Counted from the whole stretch's first letter, positions 38,773 to 53,180 are shown. The stretch is DNA of 62,940 nt, filler included, from Hyphochytrium catenoides (GCA_900088475.1; 8 parts of 8 records of this genome joined end to end with filler, not necessarily neighbours in it), one strand, 5' to 3'. Notes: generated from the letters alone by a model not told the origin. A program made the numbers and translations.

Positions 38773-39657
38773 ATGCTCTCCTTCCTTGCCTATTTGAACA
38801 AGTATAGGCTGCCCAACCCACCCAGTTCCTCTTCACAACCCAGAGTTCACTGCCGTGGAAACACGTCCTATCCAGCTTCTGAAGGCGGTGGCAGCACACT
38901 AGAGCGTATGCCAACTGACCACGAAGTCTCCGTTCTTAGGCGGGTCCAAACTGAGCTACTTACCCCATACTCTGACGACGTACATCTAGACCTTCTAAAC
39001 GCTCTCTGGGCCAGCGCCTACTCCGATCGACCGTTCAAACGGGTAGGCGTCGAGTGGAAGGCGCTGGGCTTCCAACGAGAGGATCCCGCATCAGACATCC
39101 GTGGGGGTGGAATCCGTGCGCTGAAGAACCTGATATATTACCTGGAGCATCATGGGCCCTCAGCTAGAGCTATTCTTGAACGTCGTCGGAATAGAGCTCA
39201 GGGGTCTGCAGAGAACTATCCCTGGGCGACTGCTGGCATCATCATCAGCCGGACGGTGGCAGAGCAACTGATGATTGTCTCCGTCGCGGGGAGCAAGAGC
39301 TCAGACTTCCAGTCTTCCTTGCAGCCTTTTTGGCACATATGCGGCAGTGATCACTTTTTGTACGAGCTTTTCTGCTACACGTTTGAACTGTTGGATAAAC
39401 TTTGGAATGAGGCCAATGCGACCTACATGGACTTCCCTAAGGTCCTACGGTCAACCAGAGACCGTCTTGCAGAGCTTATGAAACAGCCTCGGTTTTTAGA
39501 AGATCACCTACGCCACTTTGCTTCATCATCTAATCATAGCACTTCTGACGACGAGCGCGACCTGGATGAGGGCAAGTCGGCAGAAGATCCGCCGTCACTA
39601 AGTCCGAGCAAGGTACCAGAAGACAACAGAGCATATTCTGCCACTTCAACTTGGTGA
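38773..39657 (+). CDS. ELMO/CED-12 domain protein (ELMOD-like Arf/Arl GAP), intronless
   Basis: 'WKALGFQREDPASDIRGGG..ALKNLIYY', 'YPWATAGI', 'YELFCY.F..LDKLW....ATYMDFPKVL'. Confidence 0.92.
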   Translation: MLSFLAYLNKYRLPNPPSSSSQPRVHCRGNTSYPASEGGGSTLERMPTDHEVSVLRRVQTELLTPYSDDVHLDLLNALWASAYSDRPFKRVGVEWKALGFQREDPASDIRGGGIRALKNLIYYLEHHGPSARAILERRRNRAQGSAENYPWATAGIIISRTVAEQLMIVSVAGSKSSDFQSSLQPFWHICGSDHFLYELFCYTFELLDKLWNEANATYMDFPKVLRSTRDRLAELMKQPRFLEDHLRHFASSSNHSTSDDERDLDEGKSAEDPPSLSPSKVPEDNRAYSATSTW

Positions 39658-42600
39658 ATCCTATGGCGCCGTGACCATTCGATGGACTGCAACAGCACCC
39701 CGATGGGACATTTCAAGAAGCAGACAATTATAATTATGTGCTTCAACAGACCATCAGCTAAGAGACAGTCCCAACGCAACAAGAAGGAGGAGAAGATAAG
39801 TGAGACACAATAATATCTGTCCACATCATGATGCTAGTAGCAGTAGTCCCGTCAACGAGCACTATGACAATAAACACATCATCACCACCATCATACTAAC
39901 AAAGGAGGAGCAGAACTAATTAATAATCAGCAGTTCTCCTAATAACAAGCGCGGATAATGACGAGGACGATGGACAACCATTGGAAGAAACAGGAGGGAT
40001 CAAGATGCTCCTCGGAAGGCCGCCGGCTGTGAGGAGTTTCAAAATAATAAAACGGATCATCATCGTACCTCCCTTTATTATCATCACTACCGACTAGTCG
40101 TAGTGAGGAGGCCAACAACAATAACATGCAACCAAGCATCAGGAGGCTTCTGTTCCTACCGTAGCAGCTTATAGTCAATAGTGAGAATAATCCATGAGGA
40201 CAGGTTTTATTGATGAAATATCTATCACAAGCATAGGCGAATGCTACCATTTTTTGGAAAGGTATGATGATGATGAGCTCGCTCACAACAATATTTTTTA
40301 ATAGGATAATACTACTGTTACTTAGCAGTAAGTTTGGAAGATGACGTGTTTGTGTTCCTCCAGATCGCCTTCCTACTAGTGGGGAGCAATACCAATAACA
40401 CGAATGTGAAGTAGAACTGTACCAACCAGCAGTCTTGGCTCAGAGAGGCGGCTACTACAAAGAATATAGATATAATTCATTCAGCCGAGGGCTGAATTAT
40501 GTACTACTGTTCGTTGGGCGGGCGAGCCCTACTCGGGCGAAGAAGCCTGTGAAAGCTATGGGACAATAAAATGAGCAGGAGGCGAGGGGAGGTCCGTCGT
40601 CATAGCGGCATCATAGAAAGAGCTCTATCAATGAAGAAGGTTGTTACTAACTATAGTTGGAAAAAACATCGAATAATCATCATCAGTCCTCCGTTGAGAA
40701 TGTAGTTCTACGTGATACAACGGTCACGACAAAGCTTCAAGTCTCCAAATACGCCGTACTGAGAACCGCTACCAAGAGGTGGTGCCTTTGGGTAATAATG
40801 ATAAGACAAAGTTAGGGGGCCGAATTTAATAAATTGATCTGCCATAGATCGATAATCCACCGTCGGGCTAATAAGGGAAGTCCTTATTTTTTATAATTGA
40901 GCCCCACACTCTCCTCCCTTGTAGTAATGTGCATTGTGAGAAAAGTGTCTGACCACAACAAAAAAGGTAAGGCTTATCGAGAAGGAGAGATCTCATAGAT
41001 TTCATTCATTCAGACTGCGACAGGTGTGTAGTCGTTGTACACGTCGTTCTCTCTGTTCTAGTCTCTCCCTCTTTTCGTCCCCCCAATACATTTGAAGCGC
41101 TCTCTCATTGAAACGGCCAGCTCGTGATGTCTCTCTACTCCTCTATCTTGCTCTTTATGAGTCACATACTGCCGCTGACCTCTATCTTGCTCTTTATGTT
41201 GCAGTGCATTGTATTTGAATGGCCTTATCGCGGACTTAGTGAGGGAAATCTCGATTCCCTGCTGGCAGCGAACATCACGACGAAGCGCCGTTCTGTCCCT
41301 CTCCCTCCTCCTCTATCTCTTCCTCCCTTCCGTCACCTCCCTTCCCGACCTTCCCGATGTGTTTCCTGGAGCCAACGCTCGCGCTTGTCTCCTGTCAGGC
41401 ATTTGATCATTCAAACCTTCAGTGCGGCGGCTGCCTAGTGCTTTTCTTCCTGAGATTTGCACGCAGCTTCAGTTGTTACTTCTCCGACAGACACGGAGCA
41501 AGCAGGCAGACCGACGGACTGCTGCTGTATTACGCAAAGAGGGGGCCTGGAACCACGTCTTTCTACTGTTTCTTATCAGTGAGAGTCACGATGTTGGCAA
41601 AGCTATCCTTGCTNNNNNNNNNNNNNNNNNNNNNNNNNNNNNNNNNNNNNNNNNNNNTTAATTAATTAANNNNNNNNNNNNNNNNNNNNNNNNNNNNNNN
41701 NNNNNNNNNNNNNGTCTCTTTGTGGCAGCAATCTTCGCGCAAACAAGTGAACTCAAAAGGTCGTGGGCCTGGCTGTCGCTTACGGAAGTGAACTTATCGG
41801 CAAGAGATCACAAGCAGAAAGCAGAAGTCTGCGGAAAGAGTGGAAGGATAGAAGAGAGAAAGAGAGGAAAGAGAGAGAGAGAGAGAAAGAAGAGCACTTT
41901 CAGCGCGCTGCCCGCCTGCTGGTCATCATTTTGCCCGAGGGCGGGAACAGTAGAATAGTATCAGAAAACTTTGGAAAGACAGAGCGTTGACGTAGAGGGC
42001 CAAAGTCATATATCTTACATAGAGAAAGGGAAAAGACAGAGTCAAGGGAGACATACGGACGAGGCATGAGGAGGAAACATTGAAGTCGTGTAGGCGGTTA
42101 GAGATTACTATTGGGAGACAATGGGATGGGTGGGCCATGTCAGGACGCTACTTTTTGAAAATCCCCGCGGGAGGTGAAGTGACCTTTCGTGAGACAAGCC
42201 TCCTGCCTCAAAAGTGGCAATGTTAGGGATATGATCAGTTAATATTCTTGACGCTTCTGACGGAGTCATAACAATCTAATCCACGATCATCACACATCAA
42301 GAATCCGGCTACCACTCTACCCTCTCCAAACAGTATCGGCGATCGAACAGCTGTCGGAAGCCTGGAAGGCGTAGTACTGCAGAAAGAAGAAAGGGAGGAT
42401 ATGGAACACTTCCTCTATTTATTCTGCATACCGCGACGCTGGGGCGTGGACTCAAGAATCTACATCGAGTGGGTAGGTCGTCTTACACTTTGGTCGTGGC
42501 CAAGAAGGGGACATTTTGTTAGGTCTCTAGGGGGTGGGTGGGCCACAGGAGGCTCTCGACGCGGTTTGGCTCCGAAGCTACTGTAAAACTGTAGTGTTGA

Positions 42601-43436
42601 GGGCCTGTTGTCGTTGTTAGTCTCTGTACACTGTTGAGAGGTGTCAGGAGTACTGCAGCATTAGACAGGATACAACTTCTCCACACACTACGAAAATCAC
42701 TGCAAAAATACTCCTTCTAGTAGAGGGTGGGTATGTCCCGTTAAGCGTCTATGTCTTAGGTTTGTCAGCATCCCCCTACCCACCCCCTCGGTAGCCACCC
42801 CCACCCCCCTCCTAGGCTTAAGAAAATGGGTAAGTTTGATCTTATCCCAATAGGCTGCCCACCCATCTCATAGGACCAGTGCCAAGAAGAACAGACTAGA
42901 TTTACAGGGTTGAGAAAGACAGTAACTCTTATAAGGGGAATATCAAAGAAGGGTGAGACAGAGTGGATAGAGACGATGCTGCAATGAGAGACAGAAGTTG
43001 TCCAGATCTGCCGCAAATATACTCAGCTAGATCCTTCTTTCACGAAAATAGCTTATTTCTTCTCTCTGAGCGTTGGATATTGGATAGGAATGGACGGAAG
43101 TAAAGACCTAACTGAGCGTCAAGTTGCCGATTTCAGAGCACAGATCGTCTTTATTATCTAAACCAAAGTCGAAGCGTCAGGATTCACGAATCTAAGGTGT
43201 CTCCCTAATTAAAGGCTAAGTGAACGTTCAATAGAGGACAGACTCGTCCGAAACAGTGCGGGAGTACCAGGATAACAGGGATTAAGGGGATGGAGAAAGA
43301 GAGAGAGAGAGAGGACAAGAAGCGCGGGAGAGAGAGTGAGAGAAAGAGAGAGAGAGAGAAGAGGAGAAAGAGAGAGAGGGAAAGAGAGAGAGAGAGGAAG
43401 TGAGGAAAAGAAGCATGCGCCCCAGAGAGGGAGAGA

Positions 43437-43481
<45 letters not shown>

Positions 43482-44291
43482 TGAGGAAAAGAAGCAGCGC
43501 CCCAGAGAGAGAGAGTGAGGGAAAGAGGAGAAAAAGAAAGAAAAGAGAGAAAAAGCGAGGGAGAGGGAAGAATTTGTAAGGAGTGAGTAGTAAGTGGATC
43601 CTCAGCAGTAACGGGACCGTGATCTTCTACTACTATTAGTACTAGAACTACAGCGCTCATCTCTAGACTTTATATATTACGGCCCATACAAGGGAGAGAA
43701 GAAGCCCTTGGGCAATGAGGAGAAAGCTGCTAATCTACAAGCAAAGGCGGCAAGGAGAGAAGAGAAGAGAGGAAGATACAGATCGAAGAGGAAGGAGAGA
43801 AGAAAGAGAGAGAAAATACGAGTGAAAGGGCCAGATAGCAGCCGGAATGGGTTGCGGAGAAGGAAGAGTAGGAGGCGACAGGGGTGATAGCTGCGCGGCA
43901 GGGTGATCAATAAAAGGAAGAGAGACGGAGAGAAAGAGAGAGAGAAAGAGACTTTGCTTCTCTCCATGCATGGACCCACAGAGCTCAGAAGATCAAACAG
44001 ATCGAAGAGACAAAGGACAGAACCCAGAGAATGGAGAATTAGACACAGCAGCAATGAAGAGAGAGAGAGAGCGCGCACAAGAGAAAGAGAATGTCTTGAG
44101 GAGAAGCGAAAGAAAAAGAGGAGAAGAGAGGAGGAGGAGGAACTCATCCAGGAAGAAACCAAGGGGATATTCTTTAGGCCAGATTGGCCTGAGGCAGAAT
44201 AACCTCCCAGTGCAGTGCTTCTCCCTCCGGGATTGAGACAAAAGGAGGAATGTTATGGCTGAGCTGNNNNNNNNNNNNNNNNNNNNNNNNN

Positions 44292-44325
<34 letters not shown>

Positions 44326-45147
44326 CCTATAGCATCGCTCAGCCGTCATCAAGCTCCCACGGTAGGATAACTATGAGAAAGAATGAGTCACTCTCACGAG
44401 GCTTCTCGTCTCTCACTTTCCCTTTTTACTCCCTAAGAAAGGGCAGAGAGAGAAGCGACCGAGCGAAAGAGAGACAGGATGAGAGAGAACAAGATAGAAG
44501 AGATAGTAAAGAAAAAATTGGAGAGAGAGAAAGAGAGAGAAGAGAGAGGGAGAGACGCGCGCGAGTGATAAGAAAGGAGAAGGGAAAGAAACAGAGAAGG
44601 GTCAAGGAGAGTGGGCGCCGCAGAAGAAGAGATCACTCTCTCAGTATCACCGTTTCCCGATGTAGTCTTTCTTTCTCTTTCTTTCTCTCTCTTTTCTCCC
44701 TCCCTCTCTTTTAGTCAATTCAATCAGCGCGCTCTAATCGCCGTTCAGGGACGGGCCGCTCAATAGAGAACATAGTGGCAGCTCTTTTTCTCTCTCTCTC
44801 TCTCTCTCTGTCTGCCTGGCTGTCCCCACCTCTCTCTCCCCGGTCCCGCTCGCATGTCTGCCTCAGCTCTTCCTATTCTTGCTTGCTCTCCTTGATAACT
44901 CCCCTCTCTCTCTCTCTTCTCTCTCTCTCTTTCTTCTTTTCTCATTTTCTCTTTCTCTCTCTCTCTCTTTCGCCCTCTCTCTCCTTCTCTCTCAGTGTTG
45001 GCCGGACATCTGTTAGCTCTATTTCTTCTATTTACATTGTTACTCTAATACTATGTACACTACTAATCTGTCTCTATACTACATGTCGATATACAGGAAA
45101 ATTATCCTTCCAGCAGTCAAAGGGTTCTCTCTCTCTCTTTCTCTTTT

Positions 45148-45180
<33 letters not shown>

Positions 45181-45667
45181 TTCTCTTTCCCTCCGTCCCC
45201 GGGCATTGTCACTCTTGGAAGGGGACGGGAGGGAAGGAGAGGGCCGCTCTCTCTTCTGTCGTCTCACTCGCACGTTCTCCTTCTCTCTCTTTGAGTGCCA
45301 GCTTCTGTCTTTCTCTCCCTTTGCTCTCTCCTCCTCTCCTTCTTCTTACCTTGAGGTGTCTCTCCTGGCAGAGAGAGGGAGAGACTCTACTACGGTGCTC
45401 CGCCTTAAGGGACTGGTCCTTTCGGGGTTCCGAGGGAGAGAGAGATAGAGAGACTATGGCCCGCGGCCGCCAACGCAACTCCCAGCAGGACAATGAGAGA
45501 GAACATAATAAAAGAGATAAAAAGAGATAACACGCCAGAGAGAGAGAGACAAGAGAAGAAAAGAACAAAAAAGAGAGAGAATGAAGGCAAAGGAAGAGAG
45601 AAGAGAAAGAGAGAGAACGCAAAAAATGCGATACAGGTCATAACAAAAACCACAAGTAGAACTAAGG

Positions 45668-45700
<33 letters not shown>

Positions 45701-46258
45701 AAACGGCGGTAACGAATGAAAGAGGAGAAATTGAGGGAAGAGAAGAGGAGAGAAAGACAGGTAATGACCAAGAAAACCAGCACTCAATTGATAAAACAGG
45801 AGGCCAACCCAAAAAGCAAAGATCAAAAGGCAAAACAAAGAAGGCACAAGAACAGAGAGAGAGAAAGAGAGAAAAAAAAAAGAGGAAGAGAGAGAGAGAG
45901 AGAGAAGCGTTTTTGAACATCGCTAGCTCCCGTCGAGCGTCTGTGGGTTCTGTACGTGGGCGAGGCTCTGTGTCTCTCTCTTTTCTCTCGTCATCCCGTG
46001 TGGAAGCGCCCGTGACCGTCCCTCGGGAGCTTTGAGTCTCTCCTTCATCCGCCAAGCATGAGACACCCAAGAAAAAGAGAAAGAGAGAGAGAGAGAGAAC
46101 TTGGAGAAGCTGGAGAGAGAGGTGTGCGGGAGAGAGAGCGGCATCTCTCGGGACACTGAGCCGCCTGCTGCTGTGCTGGAGAGAGAAGACAGTGTCAGAA
46201 AAAAAGTGGGGGGAATGCAGAGTAAATAAGCAGCTTTGTAGATATAGAGAGACTGAGA

Positions 46259-46294
<36 letters not shown>

Positions 46295-46830
46295 AGGGAG
46301 TGAGAGAGAAAAGAAAGGAAAAAGAGAGAGAGAGAGAGACAGAGAGATAGAGAAAGAAAGTAAAAGAAGAGAAAGAGAGAGAAATCCTAGGAGAAGTAGT
46401 AGCAGGGAAGAGGAGAGAAAGGATTGACTTACATCGGCGCGAGCCAGTGTCCCGCCCTAAGACAGAGGATCCTGCGCGTAGGTACTCTTGACTATGGCAG
46501 GATCCACTTCCGGGGGAGAGAGAGGAGAGAGATGGGAGAAGAAAGACCAAGAAGAAGAGAGAGAGAGAGAGAGTGGGTCTCGCCCACCAATCCAGAGAGA
46601 GAGAGAGAGAGGTTGAGACTGGAGGACTGCAGAGCACGGAGCCTGCAAAACAGTCGTCAGCCAAAGCGTGAGGTCCAGTCAGCCTGATAAAAAGAAAGCC
46701 AAACAGAACGAAGACCCTGGAAAGAGTTCGAGAAAGAGAGAGAAAAGAGACTAGAAGCAGAAAGAGAGGAGAGACAGAGCTCAGGAGAGAGAGAGAGAGA
46801 GAGAGAGTCAGGAGCGTCACTCACTTTATG

Positions 46831-46960
46831 TTAAGCCGCCGAGGGCACAGAGCTCCTGGCGCTGAGGCGGCTGGAGCGGCGGACAGTCAGGCTGGCGACT
46901 CCTTGGCTGGCTCTCTGGCCATGACAGAGGAAACAGGAAAAGCAACCAAATGAGAAAGAG

Positions 46961-47004
<44 letters not shown>

Positions 47005-47808
47005 AGAGGGGTTAAAGAGGAGCTAAAAGTTACCCTGAGTTGGCGGAGAAAATTGTCCAGATAGGGAACTTATGCCAACTTGAAAGAGAGAACAAAACGG
47101 AGAACGGACATACCAAGCCGCAGAGAGAAAGAGATCAGAAGAAAGAGAGCAATAGAGAGAAAGAGCAAGAGAGAGAAAGAAAAAGAGAGAAAAGGAGGGT
47201 GTACCTTCTTGCTTGGAACAGAAGCGAAATAGGTTCCCAGATCTGCAGCGGAGGACGAAGAGGAAGAGAGAGAGAGAGACGGCTCCGCTGAGGGGAGGAG
47301 AGAGGGAGCTCCTGCTGTCCTGGAAGCACGAGACGATGGCCTGCGCGAGGGCTGACAAGAGAAAGAGAAGACAAATGAGGAGATAGATAAAAGACAGAGT
47401 GAACAAATAGAGAATGTTAACAGTGGATGCCGCCAGACGAGAGAGAAAGAGAGAGAGAAAGAAAGCGATGCAGAGCAAACAAGAATAGGCGAGTCAAAAA
47501 GAAAAATAGTCGAAAGGAGGAATGGAAGGGGCCAGAGCAGAAAGAGAGAGAGAGAGTGACACAGAGAGAGAAAGAGAGAGAGAGAAGAAAGGGAGAGAGA
47601 GAGAAGAAAGAGAGAGAGAGGGGGACATACCGCTGTGGGGACAGTGGCCTGTGGTACTGTCGTGGCTCTCTTGCTGTCTCTATGGGAGAGATCGGCACTC
47701 TGTCTCGGTGGTAGTTCCAGATGCTGAGGCTTCACAGAGGAAGAGAGAGAAGGAAGGGAGACGCTGCTGCCTCTGGAGGATTGCTGACGAACGCGTGGAC
47801 CTAGGACC

Positions 47809-47850
<42 letters not shown>

Positions 47851-47973
47851 TCAGCAGATCAATTCTCTCGGAGCTGAAGAGTTCCAAAAGAAGCAAGGTT
47901 TGGGATAGATTTTTATAAGATTGTAAGAATGCGGTGAGATGAACAGAGAGAGAGAGAGAACGAAAGGCAGGGC

Positions 47974-48014
<41 letters not shown>

Positions 48015-48355
48015 TCTTACGTTCTCTCTCCTCAAGCTCTGGTTCCTGAGGGCGAAGGCCTTGGAGACTAACAGCACGAGAATGGCGGCGACGGCCAGGA
48101 AGCCAAGCAGAGGGAGACAGTCCGGGATGTCAACAGAGATTTCTAGGGCGTATCCTTCTTCTTCATCTTCATTTACCTAAGGGTAACAGGCGCGGTGAGA
48201 GAGGAGAGAGAGAGGGAGAGGAAAAAAGAAAAGAGAGAGAAAAAAGAAGAGATAGGTAGGTAGAGGACAGTTAGTATGTGAGGAGGAGGTAAGCCAAAGT
48301 AAGAATTGAGAGATATTGTGACAGGCGACTCAATGGCAAGAGGCAAGAGAAGAAC

Positions 48356-48389
<34 letters not shown>

Positions 48390-48494
48390 ATGGAGACTGA
48401 GAGAGAGAAAGAGTGTATGAGAAAGACTTACTTCCGTTTCTTGTGTCGTCTCCTCCTCTCTCTCTTCGTTTATTTCAGAGAGATCATCCTTAGG
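46831..48494 (-). CDS. Partial multi-exon hypothetical protein with one TM segment and Ser-rich tail
   Basis: Exons bounded by GTAAG/GTATG donors and pyrimidine tracts: 'PKDDLSEINEEREERRHKKR', 'EISVDIPDCLPLLGFLAVAAILVLLVSKAFALRNQ', 'VLGPRVRQQSS..VPTA', 'PSRRPSSRAS..PSKK'. The last exon probably ends at TAA 46831. Confidence 0.4.
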
Positions 48495-51400
48495 NNNNNN
48501 NNNNNNNNNNNNNNNNNNNNNNNNNNNNNNNNNNNNNNTTAATTAATTAANNNNNNNNNNNNNNNNNNNNNNNNNNNNNNNNNNNNNNNNNNNNGATGAA
48601 CGAGGGAGAACCTAATAATGCAACAAAAGCGAGGACTAGGAGTGCTGCAGAGCGGCGATCAGCTAAAATGCAGGAGATGCCGCCAGGAGGGGTCAGCAGC
48701 AAAAAGAAACAAGAACTTAGCTGTCCAACGCCGTACCTCCCCTCCTTTTGCTCTCTTCGGTGGAGAAGGTCGTCCACCCAAGCCGACTCCATTATTTTTG
48801 CTTTTCGGCGCCTCCGTCCTCCGCTTAAGCCGATTTTACTCTTTCATGTCCCAAAACCCAGCTCATATTTATCTTAACGTCAAGAAACGGATTTGAAGAG
48901 TCTCCTTCTTCCTCTCTGTTATCACCACTCCTATTCTTCCATCTCATCCGCCGCAATTGAGAGAAAAGCATCGTTGCCCCTTCTGTGGATCTCCGTTCCA
49001 ACAGCTTTATGAAGGCTAAATAAGTAGATGAGATGAAGGCGTTGTCTTTATTAAATATCTTTTACCTCTTGACTTCCATTCCTTATGATAAGTAGTAGTC
49101 GCGAGGAAACGAGAAGCTGCTGGCCACCCAACAAGAAGATCTATGTATACCAAAGAGTCCTATTACGGTGGGGCAATAATTATCGTTGGCGCCGTATATT
49201 TAACTTCCGTTCATTGTCTACCCATGAGATGGAATAAGCTCAATGCAGCTTCGTTTATAGGTCTGGGTCCTCTATTAGAAGGTTCGATGGCTGTTGTAGC
49301 AATAACGACAATGCATAATTTTTCTCTAGCGCATAGGTTGCAAGAAGGGAAGCGAAGCCAGTCGTCCTCAGATCGAAGTAGTACTGTAGGAGGAAGAAGG
49401 AAGTATCAAGGCAGGCAGCACCAGCAATCTTTGGAGAAGAGTACTAAACAAAAAAGGGCTGCAGGTAGCTTGGCTTGTAATGTTTGCTGCTGCCGGGCTA
49501 AGGTGCTGGCTATCCGCAATGGGCTTCAGATTCCTGCGGTTACGTCGCCTGTTCTCTTTTTTGCGAGGAGGCTGGAAGTGTACTGGGACGGTTCATTCCC
49601 TTGCACAAGAAGAAGTGTTGTCAGCTTCAGTGCTCCCTCACATCCTTCACTAGAAGTCGATGGAACCCGACCCCACATTCTTCGGTTTGGTCCTCGTCGG
49701 GACCTCGCCGAGCATCTTTATCACATTCTTCTCTGGCCGCCCAGACTGTGAAAGATCGGTACGTGCCAGTCATTTATCCATGTGGCGTTACACTTACCCT
49801 TTTCTTTCTCCTTCGTGGGGTCCAAAACTCAGTCTGCCAAAGTGTACCATGATACTAAATCCTAGACCCCTAATTATAGCATAGACCTAGATCTGCACTC
49901 TTGAAGACGTACTCTTTTTGGCTGGGGGTGATGGGGTAATTTGCCGCCGTTATCTATGGTCGCTAGTGGATTCTCAATATGCACAGCTGGTTGCATTCAA
50001 TCTTCACGGGCACTACCATTTCGTCACCTGCAAAAGAATTCAGCACAAGCTCTTACACAGAGGTTTGGGCTTCTCTCGTTCGCCCGCCGTCTTTATTAGT
50101 TCTCTATCTGCTGCTTTATTTTCTTCTCTGGTGTCACCTGCTGTGTCGTCTAACTAGAGAAAGTAACAGAGCAAACATAGACATGTGCTGCCTTTTTGCC
50201 TAGAGTTGCTCTTACAAGTAGCCAGTACCCATGAACGGGTAGAGTGGCAAAAATTGCAGCTGTGATATTAGTTCCCCTGCCTTCCAGCTTGGTTATTAGT
50301 TATTCGAGGTTCATTGAGAGCACCCTGACTGAGTACAATATCTCTTTAGGCTTTTTATAGTGAGATTGCCCACTGTCAGTACAAGCGCCGCTCGCCACCC
50401 CTACTTCCTCAGGAGGAGGGGAACAGTTACAGCTTAGTTATTGAGACCAAAGGTAAGCTTCTTCGTTCCTTCCTCCTTCATTGTTCGTGTTTGTTCTCTA
50501 TTATTCTATTTATCAGTGCCATAATGATTCCTCCTTCCATGGCTTACGCTGTGTGTAGTCAGTACGTCTTCATCAACTCTAGCGCCCCTTATCTAATCAA
50601 AAGTAATCTGCCCCGCCTGCTGCATCTTCTTGTACGCTCAGATGCAGGCTACAACTGGTTCTAGGGGAGGACTTTTGGAAACTAACATCTAGTTCTATTG
50701 TGCTTGAATGACATCTTTCCAAGCGGTGACGCTTCTCCTGCTGCTCTGTTTGTGATGCCTTTATCTACTTGGCTGACTCGAACCGTATCCGTGTTGTTCG
50801 TTGCGGTCAGTCTTTTCTGGCTAGTCCATTGGAGATAGGTCTATGCTGGCTCCTACAATAGTTGTGCTGGGGGCTAAGAAAGGTGGGTTGACTTAAAGGA
50901 GCGACTGTGCCTATCTCTTTTGTTGGGGTTATGGTGTCTGCATCATGAGTAGAACTAAGACGAGCAAAGAGAGAATTCTAGTAAAGTACTCGTACATACA
51001 ATGATTGCCAGTGCTCAAGTTGCCAAATAGTCAAGACGATTGGCGTCTTCGGCTCAGGCCTTAATTATTGAACAGTCACTTCTGTAGGTAGCTGGTAGTA
51101 TCCTAGTTCTCTCAGAAATAATGACGGCTAAAGAAAAATAAAAGAATGGCAATTGACAACATCATCAGATGAAGCCTTTGTAGGAAGTGCCTTATTATCC
51201 GTATTTAGATAAACAACGCTAAAAATGGAACTTTTTCATAGGAATTGACTAATAATAAGCTATTATCCCTGTACCGGCACCAGGACCAAATGTAACCNNN
51301 NNNNNNNNNNNNNNNNNNNNNNNNNNNNNNNNNNNNNNNNNTTAATTAATTAANNNNNNNNNNNNNNNNNNNNNNNNNNNNNNNNNNNNNNNNNNNNGAG

Positions 51401-52361
51401 TCTCTCTACTAACATTTACCCCGACGGCCCATGTCCATGCTTCTGTCACAGGCGAAAGGAGGCAGAAGACCCTCTCGAGCACATCCGGAAGCACTCTAAG
51501 AAACAGCAGTTCCGAGAAGAAGTGAGAGAGACATTTGAAAGGAGAGCGATTAAGGGAAAGCGAAGAAGAGAAGAGAGACAGAGCGGGGAGTCGCGCCATA
51601 CGCACAAAAGAGAGTCGCAGACTATCAACGAAGCTACGGCAGGCAAGTCTGCAGACTGGGTAGGTGCTGAATGATCCTCTCTCTCCTTCCCCCATCTCGA
51701 CGTTTCTCTCTCTTTCTCTCTCGTTCATAATTGCTTTCCTCTTCATTTTCCAGGGTATGTGGCCTTCTTGTGAGCTAATTGCTTATGTGTCCTTCCTTAG
51801 GAGAAAATGCGTCGAGCCCGAATGGAGAGAGAAAAGCGCGAACGAGAGCGAGCGGCACAACTTATTATTCAGCGAAGAGAGAGAGAAGGAGGAAGGAGGG
51901 AAAGTGCCTCAAAGAGCCGTCTGGCAGACTTAATGAGCCGAGTAGTTGGCCGAGAGAGAGAAATCTTCCCTGCCAAGCAGTCCAAACGCTCGCGGTTCAG
52001 TTGACGAAGAATCTCCAGAGACTTGTACAGTTTATATGTACCATAAATAACCTATCATTCACCCCCTCTCTCCTGTCTCTCTCCCCTGTCCTCTCTCCTG
52101 TCTCTCCCGGCTCGTCTCTTCCTAGTTGCTCCGTCTGCATGCAGACAATGCCTCTTTCGTCTTAGGGTCTGTCATTTATCTTTCTCTCTCTCTCTCTCGC
52201 TGTGTCCCTCTCTCCCATCAGCTTCTGGTAACAAGCAGCCGGGCCGCACAGCAGCGTTCTGTGCCACTTTCCACCGTCCTTCCACATGCTCACTCACGCT
52301 ATCGAAGTGTCAACTCCACCCTAAAGCTCTTCATTTCCTGTCTCTATTTCCTGGGCAGGAG

Positions 52362-52396
<35 letters not shown>

Positions 52397-52423
52397 CTCC
52401 GTCCATCCGACCGTCCATGTTCG

Positions 52424-52611
52424 CTAATGTCGCTGAACGTGCAAGAGCTTTCTGACGTCTATCTCCGTCTCAGCGCCTAAGTCTCTCAACTTCCCTTCTA
52501 CTTCCTTCAAATCTCTGCTGGTGACTTGCACCAGGGTGAACGTCGTGGGGTCACGAACTCTATCGAGGAAGAGAACGCCCTCTAAGTGATCGTACTCGTG
52601 CTGTGGAAGTT

Positions 52612-52648
<37 letters not shown>

Positions 52649-53100
52649 GCAGTGGGAGAGAGGAAGAGAAGAGACGGAGGGGAGACAGGGAGTGAGACTT
52701 AAAAGAGACGAGGAAGAAAGGAGAGGGAGAGGAGAGAGAATACAGAGAGACGGAGAGAAATAGACAAGAACGTTGGGAAAGTTGGAAAAGAAAGGAAGAA
52801 AAGATCGGAAGGTAAGAGAATCAACGTGAAGGCAGATCGAGCAAGAAAGAAAGGCCTCAACAGCAGTTCTAGCGATGGAGAGAGGGACAGAGGAGAAAAG
52901 AGCAGATCAAAGAGGGAGAGAAAGACATAGAGAGAAAGAGAGAGAGAGAGAGAGCAAAACGCGAGTGGGAGCAAATGGATAGGGAAATGCGGTTAAGACC
53001 TGGAAGACCCTGCCCATGCGTCCTGAGAGTATTGTCTCAACTTTCTCTCCCTCTAACGTGTAATAAGATACACGCACTGCTGATGGACGTGGGACTTCGG
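52424..53100 (-). CDS. def: Peptide deformylase, last two exons (5' part lost in gap)
   Basis: Exon 53100-53000 'AEVPRPSAVRVSYYTLEGEKVETILSGRMGRVFQ' joins exon 52600-52424 'HEYDHLEGVLFLDR..', giving the QHExDHLxG metal-binding motif across the splice. Confidence 0.9.
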
Positions 53101-53108
53101 CTGTTAAT

Positions 53109-53110
<2 letters not shown>

Positions 53111-53143
<33 letters not shown>

Positions 53144-53180
53144 GAGTGTGTGTTTTGGATTTACGGCAGGGCTCAAGAGA

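Noticed and set aside
40470-40500. Hairpin ttcagcc-gag-ggctgaa as a Helitron end or terminator
   Set aside because: No CTRR terminus or other element features nearby.
37222-40907. Degenerate inverted repeats flanking the ELMO gene (Pack-type transposon)
   Set aside because: Similarity is ~25 nt, gapped and AT-rich, with no TSD seen.
43205-47908. Long Leu/Ser-rich or Arg/Glu-rich ORFs (e.g. 471 aa at 45405-46820)
   Set aside because: These are translations of (CT)n/(AG)n tracts that lack stop codons; no protein signal.
49143-49751. 202-aa ORF
   Set aside because: No recognisable motifs or convincing splice context; may be non-coding.
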